From positions 49,210 through 113,209 of the forward strand of contig JBFMBH010000002.1 of assembly GCA_040755095.1 (NCBI GenBank): a DNA stretch of 64,000 nucleotides, read 5' to 3'. Shown here one piece after another: positions 1-9,373 of this stretch. Below the pieces are notes generated by a model. The model worked only from the letters and a program-made list of their open reading frames with translations, searched no databases and was not told where the DNA came from. This stretch comes from Thermodesulfobacteriota bacterium. GTDB lineage: Bacteria; Desulfobacterota; Desulfobulbia; Desulfobulbales; JBFMBH01. Made by a program: the position numbers and the translations under genes. Within the stretch, counting starts at the first letter, position 1. Each line of letters opens with the position of its first letter.

Positions 1-574
1 CACCGCCCTGAAGATGGGGGTGGTCTGGGTGGAAAAGCGCCTGCCCGCCGCCGAAACCGCCCTGCTGGAAAAGACCCGCTCCATGGCCGCCATCATCGAC
101 GATACCGTCCAGACGGTACGCCGTCTGTGCTCGGAGCTGCGGCCAGGCATCCTGGACGATCTAGGGCTGGTGGCCGCCTTGCGCTGGCAGGCCGAGGATT
201 TTCAGCGGATCACCGAGATCCGCGCCACCGTCGAGGCGGTGCCGGAAGACCCGGCGCTGGGCGACGACGTGGCCACCACCATCTTCCGGGTGGTCCAGGA
301 GCTGCTCACCAATGTGGCCCGCCATGCCGGGGCCAAGAGCGTGCACATCGAGCTGGCGGCCAATGACGAAGGGGTGACCGTGACGGTGCGGGATGACGGC
401 CGGGGCATCCAGCCGGAGGAGCTGGCCAATCCCCGCTCCCTGGGCCTGATCGGCATTCGGGAGCGGGTACGGGCCTTGAGCGGCTCGATCCGGATCCAGG
501 GCCTGCCGGGGCAGGGGACCACCGTGACCGTGACCCTGCCCCAACCGGACCCGGGCGGCGAGCTGCCCGCCTGA
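1..574 (+). CDS. Sensor histidine kinase, C-terminal fragment (HisKA_3-type DHp helix plus HATPase_c). The 5' end lies outside the window.
   Basis: The reading frame is open to the window edge. It has a DHp-like helix (LCSELRPGILDDLGLVAAL), an N-box (QELLTNVARHA), a G1 box (VRDDGRGI) and a G2 region (GLIGIRERV...GQGTTV). Confidence 0.85.
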   Translation, partial: TALKMGVVWVEKRLPAAETALLEKTRSMAAIIDDTVQTVRRLCSELRPGILDDLGLVAALRWQAEDFQRITEIRATVEAVPEDPALGDDVATTIFRVVQELLTNVARHAGAKSVHIELAANDEGVTVTVRDDGRGIQPEELANPRSLGLIGIRERVRALSGSIRIQGLPGQGTTVTVTLPQPDPGGELPA

Positions 575-596
575 CGGCCGGCCCGGCAGGCCGCGA

Positions 597-941
597 TCAG
601 CCCGGCGGCCAGGTCAGCCGCCGCCCCCCCAACAGGTGCAGGTGGATATGGAAGACCTCCTGGCCGGCATCGGCGTTGCAGTTGAGCACCGTCCGGTAGC
701 CGGAGTCCGCGATGCCCTCCTGGCGGGCGATGGCGGCGGCGGTCAGCAACAGGTGGCCGACCAGGGCCGCGTCGCCGGCACCCAGGTCGTTGGTGGTGGG
801 AATGTGCCGCTTGGGGATGACCAGGATGTGCACCGGCGCCTGCGGCCGGATGTCCCGGAAGGCCAGAACCTGGTCATCCTCCAGGACCACGTCCGGCTTG
901 ATCTCACCGCGCACCATCTTGCAGAACAGACAATCCGACAC
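597..941 (-). CDS. HIT family (HinT-like) nucleotide hydrolase
   Basis: Histidine triad HIHLHLLGG and N-terminal CLFCKM motif. The GTG at 941 is preceded by GGAGG with an 8-nt spacer. The track ORF extends to 1031, which is probably too long. Confidence 0.85.
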   Translation of the reverse strand: MSDCLFCKMVRGEIKPDVVLEDDQVLAFRDIRPQAPVHILVIPKRHIPTTNDLGAGDAALVGHLLLTAAAIARQEGIADSGYRTVLNCNADAGQEVFHIHLHLLGGRRLTWPPG

Positions 942-1090
942 AGCTGACACCTCCGATGGATGAGGTTCTGACTGGACCGACACGGCTGATCCTCGGCCGC
1001 CAGGGTACCAGCCCGGAGAGACCGTTGGCAATCTTTTCGGCGGACAAGCGGCGTGCTCTTCCCCAAAGCTCGAGCCGGGGTTTCTGAGGC

Positions 1091-2509
1091 GTGGTTTTTA
1101 ACTCCCTGGTCTTCCTGCTCTTTCTTGTGGTGGTCCTGGCCGGCTACCTCCTTGTTGGGCGCTCGTGGCGGCTGGCCAAGACCTTCCTGCTGGTGGCCAA
1201 CAACGTCTTCTACGGAGCCTGGAGCCCGCCTTTCGTCCTCCTGCTCTGGGTGTCGATCCTCGTCGACTGGGTGGCGGGTCGGCTGATCGCCGGTGCCCCG
1301 ACGCAGCGCCGGCGGCGGCTGGGGCTTGTCGCCAGTCTCGTGGCCAATCTTGGTCTTCTGGGGTACTTCAAATACGGTCAGTTCTTCCTGGACAACAGCG
1401 CTCTCCTGCTGGGCAGCCTGGGCATCTCCTTCCAGCCGCCGGCCGTGGATATCGTCCTGCCCGTCGGTATCTCGTTTTATACCTTCCAGTCCATGTCGTA
1501 CACCATGGACATCTACCGGGGCCGTTCCCGCCCCTGGCACTCCTTCGTGGACTTCGCCGTCTACGTCACCTTCTTCCCGCAGCTGGTGGCCGGTCCCATT
1601 GTCCGGGCCCACGATTTTCTGCCCCAGCTTTCGGCCCGCCGAAGGGCGAGCGGCGCCGAATCCGGCCGGGGGCTGCTGCTTCTGGTCATGGGCCTGGTGC
1701 AGAAGATGGTCCTGGCCGATGCCTGGCTGGCACCGGTGGCGGACCGGGTGTACAGCCAACCGCAGCAGGCCGGCAGCCTGGACGCCTGGGCCGGTACCCT
1801 GGCCTTTGCAGGGCAGATCTTCTTTGATTTCGCCGGCTACTCCACCTGCGCCATGGGTGTAGCCTTGCTGTTCGGATTCCACCTGCCGGTCAACTTCCGC
1901 AGTCCGTACGCGGCGTGCGGCTTCTCGGATTTCTGGCGGCGCTGGCACATCTCCTTGTCCACCTTTCTGCGGGATTACCTGTACATCCCCCTGGGCGGGA
2001 GCCGCCAGGGAACGGTCCGGACCGGCTTCAACCTCATGATCACCATGCTCCTGGGTGGGCTGTGGCACGGCGCTGCCTGGCATTTCGTGGCCTGGGGCGG
2101 CCTGCATGGATTCCTGTTGGCAGGCGAGCACGGGGTACGAACCTGGTGGTCCCGCCGGCCCCGGGTGCTGCCGGCCTGGGGCCATCCTCTCCTGGTCCTG
2201 GGCACCGGTCTCCTGACCTGTCTGGCCTGGACCCTGTTCCGAGCCCCGGATCTGGCCAGCGCCGGCGAGCTGTTCTGCCGCCTCCTGTGGCCGGTGGCGG
2301 GCGGGCTGGTGCCGGCTGCCGAGATGGCCCTGGTCGGTTTTCTGACCATCGCCCTACTGGCTGGCCAGTGGTGGCTGCGCCACCGGGATCTGATCGAGCG
2401 GCTGGAAGGCCTGCCGGCCCCGCTTCTGATCCTCCTGATCAGTTTTCTCCTGGTGGCCTTGGCCCTGGCACCCGGGGAGGACCGGGCCTTCATCTATTTC
2501 CAGTTCTGA
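1091..2509 (+). CDS. MBOAT family O-acyltransferase (AlgI/DltB-like)
   Basis: 472 aa, multi-pass membrane protein. It has the typical MBOAT N-terminus (FNSLVFLLFL), SFYTFQSMSYTMD, and the conserved His region FWRRWHISLSTFLRDYLYIPLGG. Confidence 0.9.
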   Translation: MVFNSLVFLLFLVVVLAGYLLVGRSWRLAKTFLLVANNVFYGAWSPPFVLLLWVSILVDWVAGRLIAGAPTQRRRRLGLVASLVANLGLLGYFKYGQFFLDNSALLLGSLGISFQPPAVDIVLPVGISFYTFQSMSYTMDIYRGRSRPWHSFVDFAVYVTFFPQLVAGPIVRAHDFLPQLSARRRASGAESGRGLLLLVMGLVQKMVLADAWLAPVADRVYSQPQQAGSLDAWAGTLAFAGQIFFDFAGYSTCAMGVALLFGFHLPVNFRSPYAACGFSDFWRRWHISLSTFLRDYLYIPLGGSRQGTVRTGFNLMITMLLGGLWHGAAWHFVAWGGLHGFLLAGEHGVRTWWSRRPRVLPAWGHPLLVLGTGLLTCLAWTLFRAPDLASAGELFCRLLWPVAGGLVPAAEMALVGFLTIALLAGQWWLRHRDLIERLEGLPAPLLILLISFLLVALALAPGEDRAFIYFQF

Positions 2510-2545
2510 GCGCCGAGGAGCGCGCAACCGCGGAGGCGAGCCCCT

Positions 2546-3622
2546 GTGGTGGATGGCATGAGCGAGCGCGTGGAGAACGCTCCGTCCCGGCCGAGCCCGT
2601 CCTGGCCCCGGGTGTGGCTGGTGGCCCTGCTCCTGGCCGGCACCGCCCTCATTGGCTGGGAGGGCTACTGGCGTGGCCAGGGATTCCGGCCCACGGTGGA
2701 GGATGATGCGGGGATCTGGGGGCTGGTCCGCCGCCAGGCAAGCCGCACCGCGCCAGCCGCCATCGTCCTGGTGGGCGCATCCCGGATCCAGCTGGCGGTG
2801 GATCCGGCTCTGGTGACCGAGCGGACGACACGGCCTTGCTTCATGCTGGCGATCGATGGCAGCCCGCCGTGGCCGGTCCTGGCGGACTTAGCCCAGGATC
2901 CGTCCTTTGCCGGTCTGGTGCTCTGCTCCCTGTTGCCCCAGTGGCTGGCCGATGCCGGCTCTGAAAAGGGCCGGGCGGCCAAGTGGGTGCGCAAGGCGGA
3001 CCAGGCCACCTGGGCGGATCGCCTCAACACCCGCCTGGGGGTCTGGTGCCAGTCACGCCTGGTCTTCCGCTATCCCGGGCTGCAGCCGGGTCGGGTATGG
3101 GCTGCCTGGGCGGATGGCGCCGCGCCCCGTCCACCCTATGCCCCGATGCGCCTGGATCGCTTCCGGGCGGCGGACTTCGCCGCCGGTGACCGCCAGCGCC
3201 TGGCAGCCAGCCGTGCCCAGCGCCAGGAGGAGATGGCCCGTACGGCCCGGCCTCTGGATCCCTCCACCTTTGCCGAAAGACTGACCATGATCGGGGCGCT
3301 GGCCGGCAGCCTCCATGGCCGGGGTGGCCAGGTGGTGTTTGTCCGCCTGCCCTCCGATGGCCGGGTGCGGGAGCTGGAGGAGGCGACCTGGCCCCGGCAG
3401 CGATACTGGGATGAGCTGGCGCGCTCCGGGATCGCGCCGGCTCTCCATTACGCCGACCACCCGTCGCTGGCTGGCTTCCGTTGTCCGGACGGCTCTCATC
3501 TGGATGGCCGGGATGCCGGCCCGTTCACCGCAGCCCTCCTGCAGGTTCTGGCAGAGGAGGGCTTGTTGGACCTGGTCCAACCCGGCCAGAAGGAGGTGGC
3601 CAGCCATGGCCGAGGGGAGTGA
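2546..3622 (+). CDS. Membrane-anchored hypothetical protein, possibly the SGNH/AlgJ-like partner of the MBOAT
   Basis: One N-terminal TM segment (WLVALLLAGTALIGW). A G-x-S-like block (VLVGASRI) and a D-x-x-H block (CPDGSHLD) are present. It lies 37 nt downstream of the MBOAT gene. The function is inferred, not recognised. Confidence 0.45.
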   Translation: MVDGMSERVENAPSRPSPSWPRVWLVALLLAGTALIGWEGYWRGQGFRPTVEDDAGIWGLVRRQASRTAPAAIVLVGASRIQLAVDPALVTERTTRPCFMLAIDGSPPWPVLADLAQDPSFAGLVLCSLLPQWLADAGSEKGRAAKWVRKADQATWADRLNTRLGVWCQSRLVFRYPGLQPGRVWAAWADGAAPRPPYAPMRLDRFRAADFAAGDRQRLAASRAQRQEEMARTARPLDPSTFAERLTMIGALAGSLHGRGGQVVFVRLPSDGRVRELEEATWPRQRYWDELARSGIAPALHYADHPSLAGFRCPDGSHLDGRDAGPFTAALLQVLAEEGLLDLVQPGQKEVASHGRGE

Positions 3623-4574
3623 GCTGCCCGAGTCGATGCCGGTGGTGGCCCTGGTGGGGCCCACGGCGGTGGGCAAGACCGATCTGGCCCTGGAGCTGGC
3701 GGAGCGTCTCGGAGCCGAGATCGTGAGCATGGACTCCATGCAGGTCTACCGGTTCATGGACATCGGTACCGCCAAGCCCAGCCTCGCCGAGCGGCGCCGG
3801 GTACGCCACCACCTCATCGACGTGGTGGATCCGGACCAGCCATACCACGCCGCGGCCTTCGTGACCGACGCCTGGGAGGCCATGGCGGCGATCCGCCGCC
3901 GGCAAGCCTGGCCCCTCCTGGTGGGCGGCACCGGGCTCTACCTGCGGGCGCTCAGCCAGGGCCTCTTCGCCATGCCGGCGTTGGACGAGCGGGTGCGGCA
4001 GGAGCTTCGTGACCGGCTGGCCGGGGAAGGGGAGGCCCGCCTCCACGCCGAGTTGGCGGCCGTCGACCCCCAGGCTGCGGCCCGCATCCACCCCCATGAT
4101 CATCAGCGGTTGCTGCGGGCCCTGGAGATCCATGCCTCAACCGGCCGCAGCTGGTCCGAGCACCTGGCCCGGCAAGGCCCGGCGCCCGCAGCTTTGCGGA
4201 TCCTGGTCCTGGGGCTGACCCGGGAGAGGAGGGAGCTGGCCGAACGGATCCAGCGCCGGGTGGCCAGTATGATGGAGCAAGGGTTTGTCAACGAGGTCGA
4301 AAATCTCCTGGGAATGGGGTATGATGCCGGCCTCAAGTCCATGCAATCCATCGGCTACCGTCATGTTCTGACCTACCTGGGAGGGGTCTGGTCGTGGGAG
4401 GAATGCCTCCAACGCCTCGCCACCGACACCCGCCGCTACGCCAAGCGCCAGCTGACCTGGTTCCGCCGGCAGGCCGAGACCGTCTGGCACCATCCCCGCG
4501 ATGGCGAGGGGATCGCCCAGCGGATCAGCCAGTTTTTGGCAGCGCCGCGGTCCGGCACGAGGGCCCGCGGGTGA
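3606..4574 (+). CDS. miaA: tRNA dimethylallyltransferase
   Basis: P-loop LVGPTAVGKTDLALELA, then SMDSMQVYRFMDIGTAKP, LVGGTGLY and KRQLTWFR. ATG at 3606 (alternative 3636) lies inside a longer GC-driven ORF. Confidence 0.92.
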   Translation: MAEGSELPESMPVVALVGPTAVGKTDLALELAERLGAEIVSMDSMQVYRFMDIGTAKPSLAERRRVRHHLIDVVDPDQPYHAAAFVTDAWEAMAAIRRRQAWPLLVGGTGLYLRALSQGLFAMPALDERVRQELRDRLAGEGEARLHAELAAVDPQAAARIHPHDHQRLLRALEIHASTGRSWSEHLARQGPAPAALRILVLGLTRERRELAERIQRRVASMMEQGFVNEVENLLGMGYDAGLKSMQSIGYRHVLTYLGGVWSWEECLQRLATDTRRYAKRQLTWFRRQAETVWHHPRDGEGIAQRISQFLAAPRSGTRARG

Positions 4575-5125
4575 TCAACCTGCCCAACATCCTGACCCTG
4601 CTGCGCATTCTGCTCATCCCGGTCTTCGTGATCTTCGTCATCGAGCACCGGTTCGATCTGGCCCTCCTGACCTTCACGGCGGCCGGGATCAGCGATGGCC
4701 TGGACGGCCTGCTGGCCCGGGCCTTGCGCCAGAAGACCACCCTGGGGGCCTATACCGATCCCATTGCCGACAAGCTGCTTTTGTCCACCTCCTTTGTCAC
4801 CCTGGCGGTGATCGGCCTTCTGCCCGCCTGGCTGGCCGTGGTGGTGGTGAGTCGCGACGTCATCATCATGGGAGGCATCCTGGTCCTGATGCTGGTGGAG
4901 AAGAAGGTGTCCATCCGGCCGACCTTCGCCAGCAAGCTGACCACCCTGTGTCAGCTCGTGACCGTCTTCTTCTATCTGGCCCACGACTTCCTGGCCCCGT
5001 ACTGGTTCCTGAGCCGTTCTCTGGTCAACCTCACGGCCCTCATGACCCTGTTGTCCGGATTCCAGTACATCCTGATCGGCGCCACCCTTCTGGGCCAGCC
5101 CAACCATGGGGTTGGGAAGAGGTAG
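4571..5125 (+). CDS. pgsA: CDP-alcohol phosphatidyltransferase (phosphatidylglycerophosphate synthase-like)
   Basis: CDP-alcohol motif DGLDGLLARAL...GAYTDPIADK and N-terminal PNILTLLRILLIP. The GTG start overlaps the miaA stop (GTGA). Confidence 0.85.
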   Translation: MINLPNILTLLRILLIPVFVIFVIEHRFDLALLTFTAAGISDGLDGLLARALRQKTTLGAYTDPIADKLLLSTSFVTLAVIGLLPAWLAVVVVSRDVIIMGGILVLMLVEKKVSIRPTFASKLTTLCQLVTVFFYLAHDFLAPYWFLSRSLVNLTALMTLLSGFQYILIGATLLGQPNHGVGKR

Positions 5126-5136
5126 GGGGATTGGCC

Positions 5137-5721
5137 ATGGCCTTGCCGCCCCTGGCTGCAGCCGACAAAGCCGCCCTGCTGCGGTATGCCCGACAGGTCA
5201 TCCGCCACGCCCTTCTGGGCGGGGCGCCCCCGGCGGCACCCGCGGCCACCTCCGCCCTGGCAGAGCCCTGCGGCGCCTTTGTCACCCTGACCGTGGAAGG
5301 GGCCTTGCGCGGCTGCATCGGCAACCTGGTGGGGGACCGGCCCCTGGTGGAAACGATCCGGGAGATGGCTCTTGCCGCAGCGTTTCACGACCCGCGCTTC
5401 CCGGCCCTTTCGGCGCAGGAGCTGCGCCTGGTGCGCCTTGAGATCTCGGTGCTCTCCCCCATGGAGCTGGTGGACGATCCCCGGCAGGTCCAGGTGGGCC
5501 ATCACGGCCTGGTGATCAGTCGCGGTCCGGCTCGGGGCGTGCTTTTGCCCCAAGTGGCCAGCCACTATGGCTGGGACCGGGTCACCTTCCTGGGCCAGAC
5601 CTGCCGCAAGGCAGGCCTGCCGCCGGACGCCTGGATGAAGAAAGGAACGCTTATTCAGGCATTCACGGCAGAAATCTTTTCTGAAGCCGAGATCGATCAT
5701 GACCTTTGCGTCAAGCCCTGA
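5137..5721 (+). CDS. AMMECR1 domain protein (AmmeMemoRadiSam system protein A-like)
   Basis: Motifs GAFVTL...LRGCIG, FHDPRF, HGL...G..GVLLPQV. Confidence 0.85.
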   Translation: MALPPLAAADKAALLRYARQVIRHALLGGAPPAAPAATSALAEPCGAFVTLTVEGALRGCIGNLVGDRPLVETIREMALAAAFHDPRFPALSAQELRLVRLEISVLSPMELVDDPRQVQVGHHGLVISRGPARGVLLPQVASHYGWDRVTFLGQTCRKAGLPPDAWMKKGTLIQAFTAEIFSEAEIDHDLCVKP

Positions 5722-7435
5722 GCGGCCGTGGCTGACCCGGGACTGGGATCAGCAGCCCTGCCAGGCCCTGGCTGAGGCGGTGGGCGTGCCCTTGGCCATC
5801 GCGGTCCTCTTGCGGGGGCGCGGGATCGACAGCCCCGAGCAGGCTGAGGCCTTCCTGCATCCCTCCCTCCAGGATCTGCCGCCGCCCGAGCTGATGAAAG
5901 GCATGGCCGAGGCGGTGGATCTGGTCCTGGACGGCCTTGCCCAGCGGCAACGGATCATCGTGGTGGGCGACTACGACGCCGATGGCATCACCGGCGCTGC
6001 CGTGCTGTGTCTGTTCCTGCGGGAGCTGGGCGCTGACGTGGCCTGGGAGCTGCCGCACCGGTTCCACGACGGCTATGGCCTGCGGCCGACGGTGCTGGCC
6101 AGGCTCCACGAGCGCCATGGCCCGGGGCTCCTCATCACCGTGGACTGTGGCATCTCGGATTACGACGAGGTCGCCCAGGCCCGGGCGTTGGGCTATCGGG
6201 TTATCATCACGGACCACCACCAGCCGCCCACCCGGCTGCCGCCCGCGGACGCCATTCTCAATCCGAGCCAGCCCGGCTGTCCGTATCCGTACAAGGAGCT
6301 GGCCGGGGTGGGGGTAGTCTTCTACCTGACCATGGGCATCCGCAGCCGGCTGCGACGCGATGGCTTCTGGCAGGAGCCCGGCGAGATCCCCAACCTCAAG
6401 GCCCTCATGGATCTGGTGGCCATCGGCACGGTAGCCGATCTGGTGCCGTTGCGCGGACCCAACCGGATCTTCGTGCGGGCCGGCCTGGAGACCTTTGCTA
6501 CCCGGCCCCGGACGGGCTTGACCGCCCTGGCCACCACGGCCGGCCTTGCCGGTCCGGCGGCGGTGGAGGACATCACCTTCCGGCTGGCGCCCCGGCTCAA
6601 CGCCGTAGGCCGGATCGGTGATGCGGGCAAGGCTTTGGAGATCCTCACCGCCACGGATCCGTGCCAAGCTGCCAGCCTGGCGGCCAGCATCGAGGCAGAC
6701 AACCAGGAGCGGCGCCTCATTCAGGAGCAGGTGGCCGGGGCGGCGGTGGCTTTGGCCCGGCAGGAGCTGGCCCGCCAGCCGTCGCTGCTGCTGCTCCATG
6801 ACGCGGCCTGGCATCCGGGGGTCCTGGGTGTGGTGGCCACCCGTCTGGTGGAGATCTTCGGCCGGCCGTGCATCCTGATGAGCGGCAGTGGCCCTTTCCT
6901 CAAGGGTTCGGGCCGTTCGGTCCCTGGTCTCAATCTCCACGAGCTGCTGCACGATTGCCGGGAGCTGCTGGCGGCCTACGGCGGGCATGCCATGGCCGCA
7001 GGGCTTTCCCTGCGGCTGGAGGATCTGGCCGCATTCCGGGCCCGCATCGACCGCCTGGCCGCCGAGCGCCTGCTCGACCTGCCGCCGGCGGATGGGCTGT
7101 GGATCGACTGGCAGGCGGGGCTCGCCGAGCTGGGGCGGCCGGAGTTTCTGGAAAGCTATGCTCGGCTGGGTCCGTTTGGCCGCGGCAATCCCGAGCCGGT
7201 CTTCGCCACGGCACAAGGGGTCCGCTTGACGGAAGCGACCCCGGTGAAATCCCACCTGCGGTTTGCGGTGCAGGAAGACGGCCGCCGCTGGACCGGCATC
7301 GGTTTCGGCATGGCGGGCTACGCCCCCCGGCTGCAAGGGGAGGCCGCCCAGCTGGCCTTCCACCTGCGCCGCAACAGCTTCCGGGGCATCCAACGCTGGG
7401 AGATGCAGCTGTCGGCGGTCCGTTTCCTGGGGTAA
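5699..7435 (+). CDS. recJ: Single-stranded-DNA-specific exonuclease RecJ
   Basis: DHH family motifs VVGDYDADGITG, ITVDCG, ITDHHQP and GGHAMAAG. Confidence 0.92.
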   Translation: MTFASSPERPWLTRDWDQQPCQALAEAVGVPLAIAVLLRGRGIDSPEQAEAFLHPSLQDLPPPELMKGMAEAVDLVLDGLAQRQRIIVVGDYDADGITGAAVLCLFLRELGADVAWELPHRFHDGYGLRPTVLARLHERHGPGLLITVDCGISDYDEVAQARALGYRVIITDHHQPPTRLPPADAILNPSQPGCPYPYKELAGVGVVFYLTMGIRSRLRRDGFWQEPGEIPNLKALMDLVAIGTVADLVPLRGPNRIFVRAGLETFATRPRTGLTALATTAGLAGPAAVEDITFRLAPRLNAVGRIGDAGKALEILTATDPCQAASLAASIEADNQERRLIQEQVAGAAVALARQELARQPSLLLLHDAAWHPGVLGVVATRLVEIFGRPCILMSGSGPFLKGSGRSVPGLNLHELLHDCRELLAAYGGHAMAAGLSLRLEDLAAFRARIDRLAAERLLDLPPADGLWIDWQAGLAELGRPEFLESYARLGPFGRGNPEPVFATAQGVRLTEATPVKSHLRFAVQEDGRRWTGIGFGMAGYAPRLQGEAAQLAFHLRRNSFRGIQRWEMQLSAVRFLG

Positions 7436-7474
7436 GGGGAAGGAGCCCGGCTCCGCCAACCAGCCATCCAGGCC

Positions 7475-7503
7475 GAGTCAAAACTTTACATAATGCATAT
7501 TAT
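7475..7503 (+). promoter_or_regulatory. AT-rich promoter-like island upstream of purB (-10-like TATTAT at 7498-7503, weak -35)
   Basis: This is the only AT-rich stretch in the recJ-purB spacer (AAAACTTTACATAATGCATATTATAC). It contains inverted arms ATAAT/ATTAT. Confidence 0.3.
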
Positions 7504-7613
7504 ACGACGCAATTGCCCAGGGTCCTTGCGCGAGCTGCCAGCGAAGAAGTGCCCCAATTCGGGGCGTCGCGCAGAGAACATGAGGTTGTAGCTTTCCAGG
7601 AGCAGGATCTGCC

Positions 7614-9056
7614 ATGAAGGACATCTACCAGGACCCTCTGGTCAGTCGCTACACAAGCCGGGCCATGCAGGAGCTCTTCTCCGAGCGCACCCGCTTCACC
7701 CTCTGGCGCCGCTGCTGGATCGCCCTGGCGGAGGCCCAGCACGAGCTGGGCCTGGAACGGCTGGTGACCGAGGCCATGCTCGCCGAGCTCAAGGCCCACG
7801 CCACGGAGATCAACTTCGAGGTGGCCGCCGCCAAGGAGCGGGAGATCCGCCATGATGTCATGGCCCATGTCCACGCCTTCGGCCAGCAGTGTCCGACCGC
7901 GGCCGGCATCATCCATCTGGGCGCCACTTCCCAGTTCGTGGTCTGCAATGCCGACCTCATGATCCAGCGCCAGGCCCTGGCCCTGCTCAAGAAGGCCCTG
8001 GTGAGCGTTGTCGGCCAGCTTGCCAATTTTTGCCGGCAATACAAAGAGTTGCCAACCTTAGGCTATACGCATTATCAGCCGGCACAGCCCACCACCGTGG
8101 GCAAGCGCCACACCCTCCACCTCCAGGACCTGCTGATGGATCTCGACGCCCTGGAGCAGATGGAGGAGCAGATCCGAGCCCGGGGCGCCAAAGGCACTGT
8201 CGGCACCCAGGCCTCCTTTCTGGAGCTCTTTGAGGGTAACCACGAAAAAGTTCGCCAACTCGACCTGTTGGTTGCAAAAAAGCTCGGCTTTTCCGAGGTG
8301 TTTCCGGTCACTGGCCAGACCTACCCCCGCAAGCTGGACACCCGGATCGCCGAGACCTTGGCCGGCATCGGGGCCTCGGCGCACAAATTCGCGGTGGACC
8401 TCCGGCTCCTGGCCAATCTCAAGGTGCAAGAAGAGCCCTTCGAGCGCCAGCAGGTGGGCAGCTCGGCCATGGCCTACAAGCGCAATCCCATGCGCTCGGA
8501 ACGGATGACCGCTCTGGCCCGCAAGCTCATGGCCCTGCCGGCAGCCTTTCGCGCGACCCACGCCAATCAGTGGCTGGAACGAACCCTGGACGACTCGGCT
8601 ATTCGCCGCATGGATATCCCGCAGGCCTTTCTCTTGACGGATGCCATTCTGCGCCTTTACCTGAATATCGTTGATGGAATGGTTGTTTTTCCGAAACAAA
8701 TCGAGCGGCATCTTCGGATGGAGCTGCCCTTCATGGCCACGGAAAGGATTCTCATGGCGGCGGTGGCTGCGGGGGCCAGCCGGCAGGAGATCCATGCGGT
8801 CATCCGCGAGCATTCCTTGGCGGCCGGCCGCCGGGTCAAGGAGGAGGGTGGTGACAACGACCTCATCGAGCGGCTGGCCGGCGATCCCCGGGTCCCCTTT
8901 GACCGCGCCGAGCTGGAGGCCATGGCCGGCGATGCCAGCCAGTTTGTCGGCCGGGCGCCGCAACAGACCGAGGAGTATCTGGAAGAGGTGGTGACGCCAA
9001 GGCTCGCCCGATACCAGGACCTGCTGGGCGGCGTGGACAGCACCATTCTTGTCTAG
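7614..9056 (+). CDS. purB: Adenylosuccinate lyase
   Basis: 480 aa fumarate-lyase superfamily protein. Signature GSSAMAYKRNPMRSE and N-terminal PLVSRYTS...M..LFS. Confidence 0.93.
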   Translation: MKDIYQDPLVSRYTSRAMQELFSERTRFTLWRRCWIALAEAQHELGLERLVTEAMLAELKAHATEINFEVAAAKEREIRHDVMAHVHAFGQQCPTAAGIIHLGATSQFVVCNADLMIQRQALALLKKALVSVVGQLANFCRQYKELPTLGYTHYQPAQPTTVGKRHTLHLQDLLMDLDALEQMEEQIRARGAKGTVGTQASFLELFEGNHEKVRQLDLLVAKKLGFSEVFPVTGQTYPRKLDTRIAETLAGIGASAHKFAVDLRLLANLKVQEEPFERQQVGSSAMAYKRNPMRSERMTALARKLMALPAAFRATHANQWLERTLDDSAIRRMDIPQAFLLTDAILRLYLNIVDGMVVFPKQIERHLRMELPFMATERILMAAVAAGASRQEIHAVIREHSLAAGRRVKEEGGDNDLIERLAGDPRVPFDRAELEAMAGDASQFVGRAPQQTEEYLEEVVTPRLARYQDLLGGVDSTILV

Positions 9057-9136
9057 CCCCTTTGTCTCCCCTGTCTTTGCCCCCCAGGGTCTGGCGGAGA
9101 AGCGTTTGCCGCTCGACTGCCAACTGTGGTAAGAAG

Positions 9137-9364
9137 ATGACCGACGCCAGCCGCCGGCACCGAGCCCGCATTGCTCCGGAGCGTATTGGCTTTCTGCGCT
9201 TCATCCTCGAGGGCTACGACGGCTTGGCGATTCTGACCACCCAGGACAACCGTCTGGGAATCGTCGAAATCCTGGTGTCGCCGGACCAGGAAGCCGAGCT
9301 GCTGAGCCTGCTGGGCTGTCTGGCTGAGACTATCGGCTGGGAGCAGGTGGAGCCACGAGCATAG
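9137..9364 (+). CDS. DUF4911-like small protein
   Basis: FLRFILEGYDGLAILTT...GIVEILVSPDQ pattern. Its position directly after purB is the arrangement I recall for DUF4911 genes. Start chosen at ATG 9137; the track ORF starts at 9062. Confidence 0.6.
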   Translation: MTDASRRHRARIAPERIGFLRFILEGYDGLAILTTQDNRLGIVEILVSPDQEAELLSLLGCLAETIGWEQVEPRA

Positions 9365-9373
9365 CTTGACATC

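Noticed and set aside
743-2185. Very long ORFs antisense to or out of frame with recognised genes. Examples are 743-2185 (minus), 5711-7459 (minus), 27810-30002 (minus), 38439-41285 (minus), 43372-45744 (minus), 53693-55924 (minus) and 56430-58307 (plus).
   Set aside because: Their products are Arg/Gly/Pro/Ala/His-rich and low in complexity, with no motifs. Each overlaps a gene with clear family signatures. This is typical of stop-codon-poor shadow frames in about 65% GC DNA.
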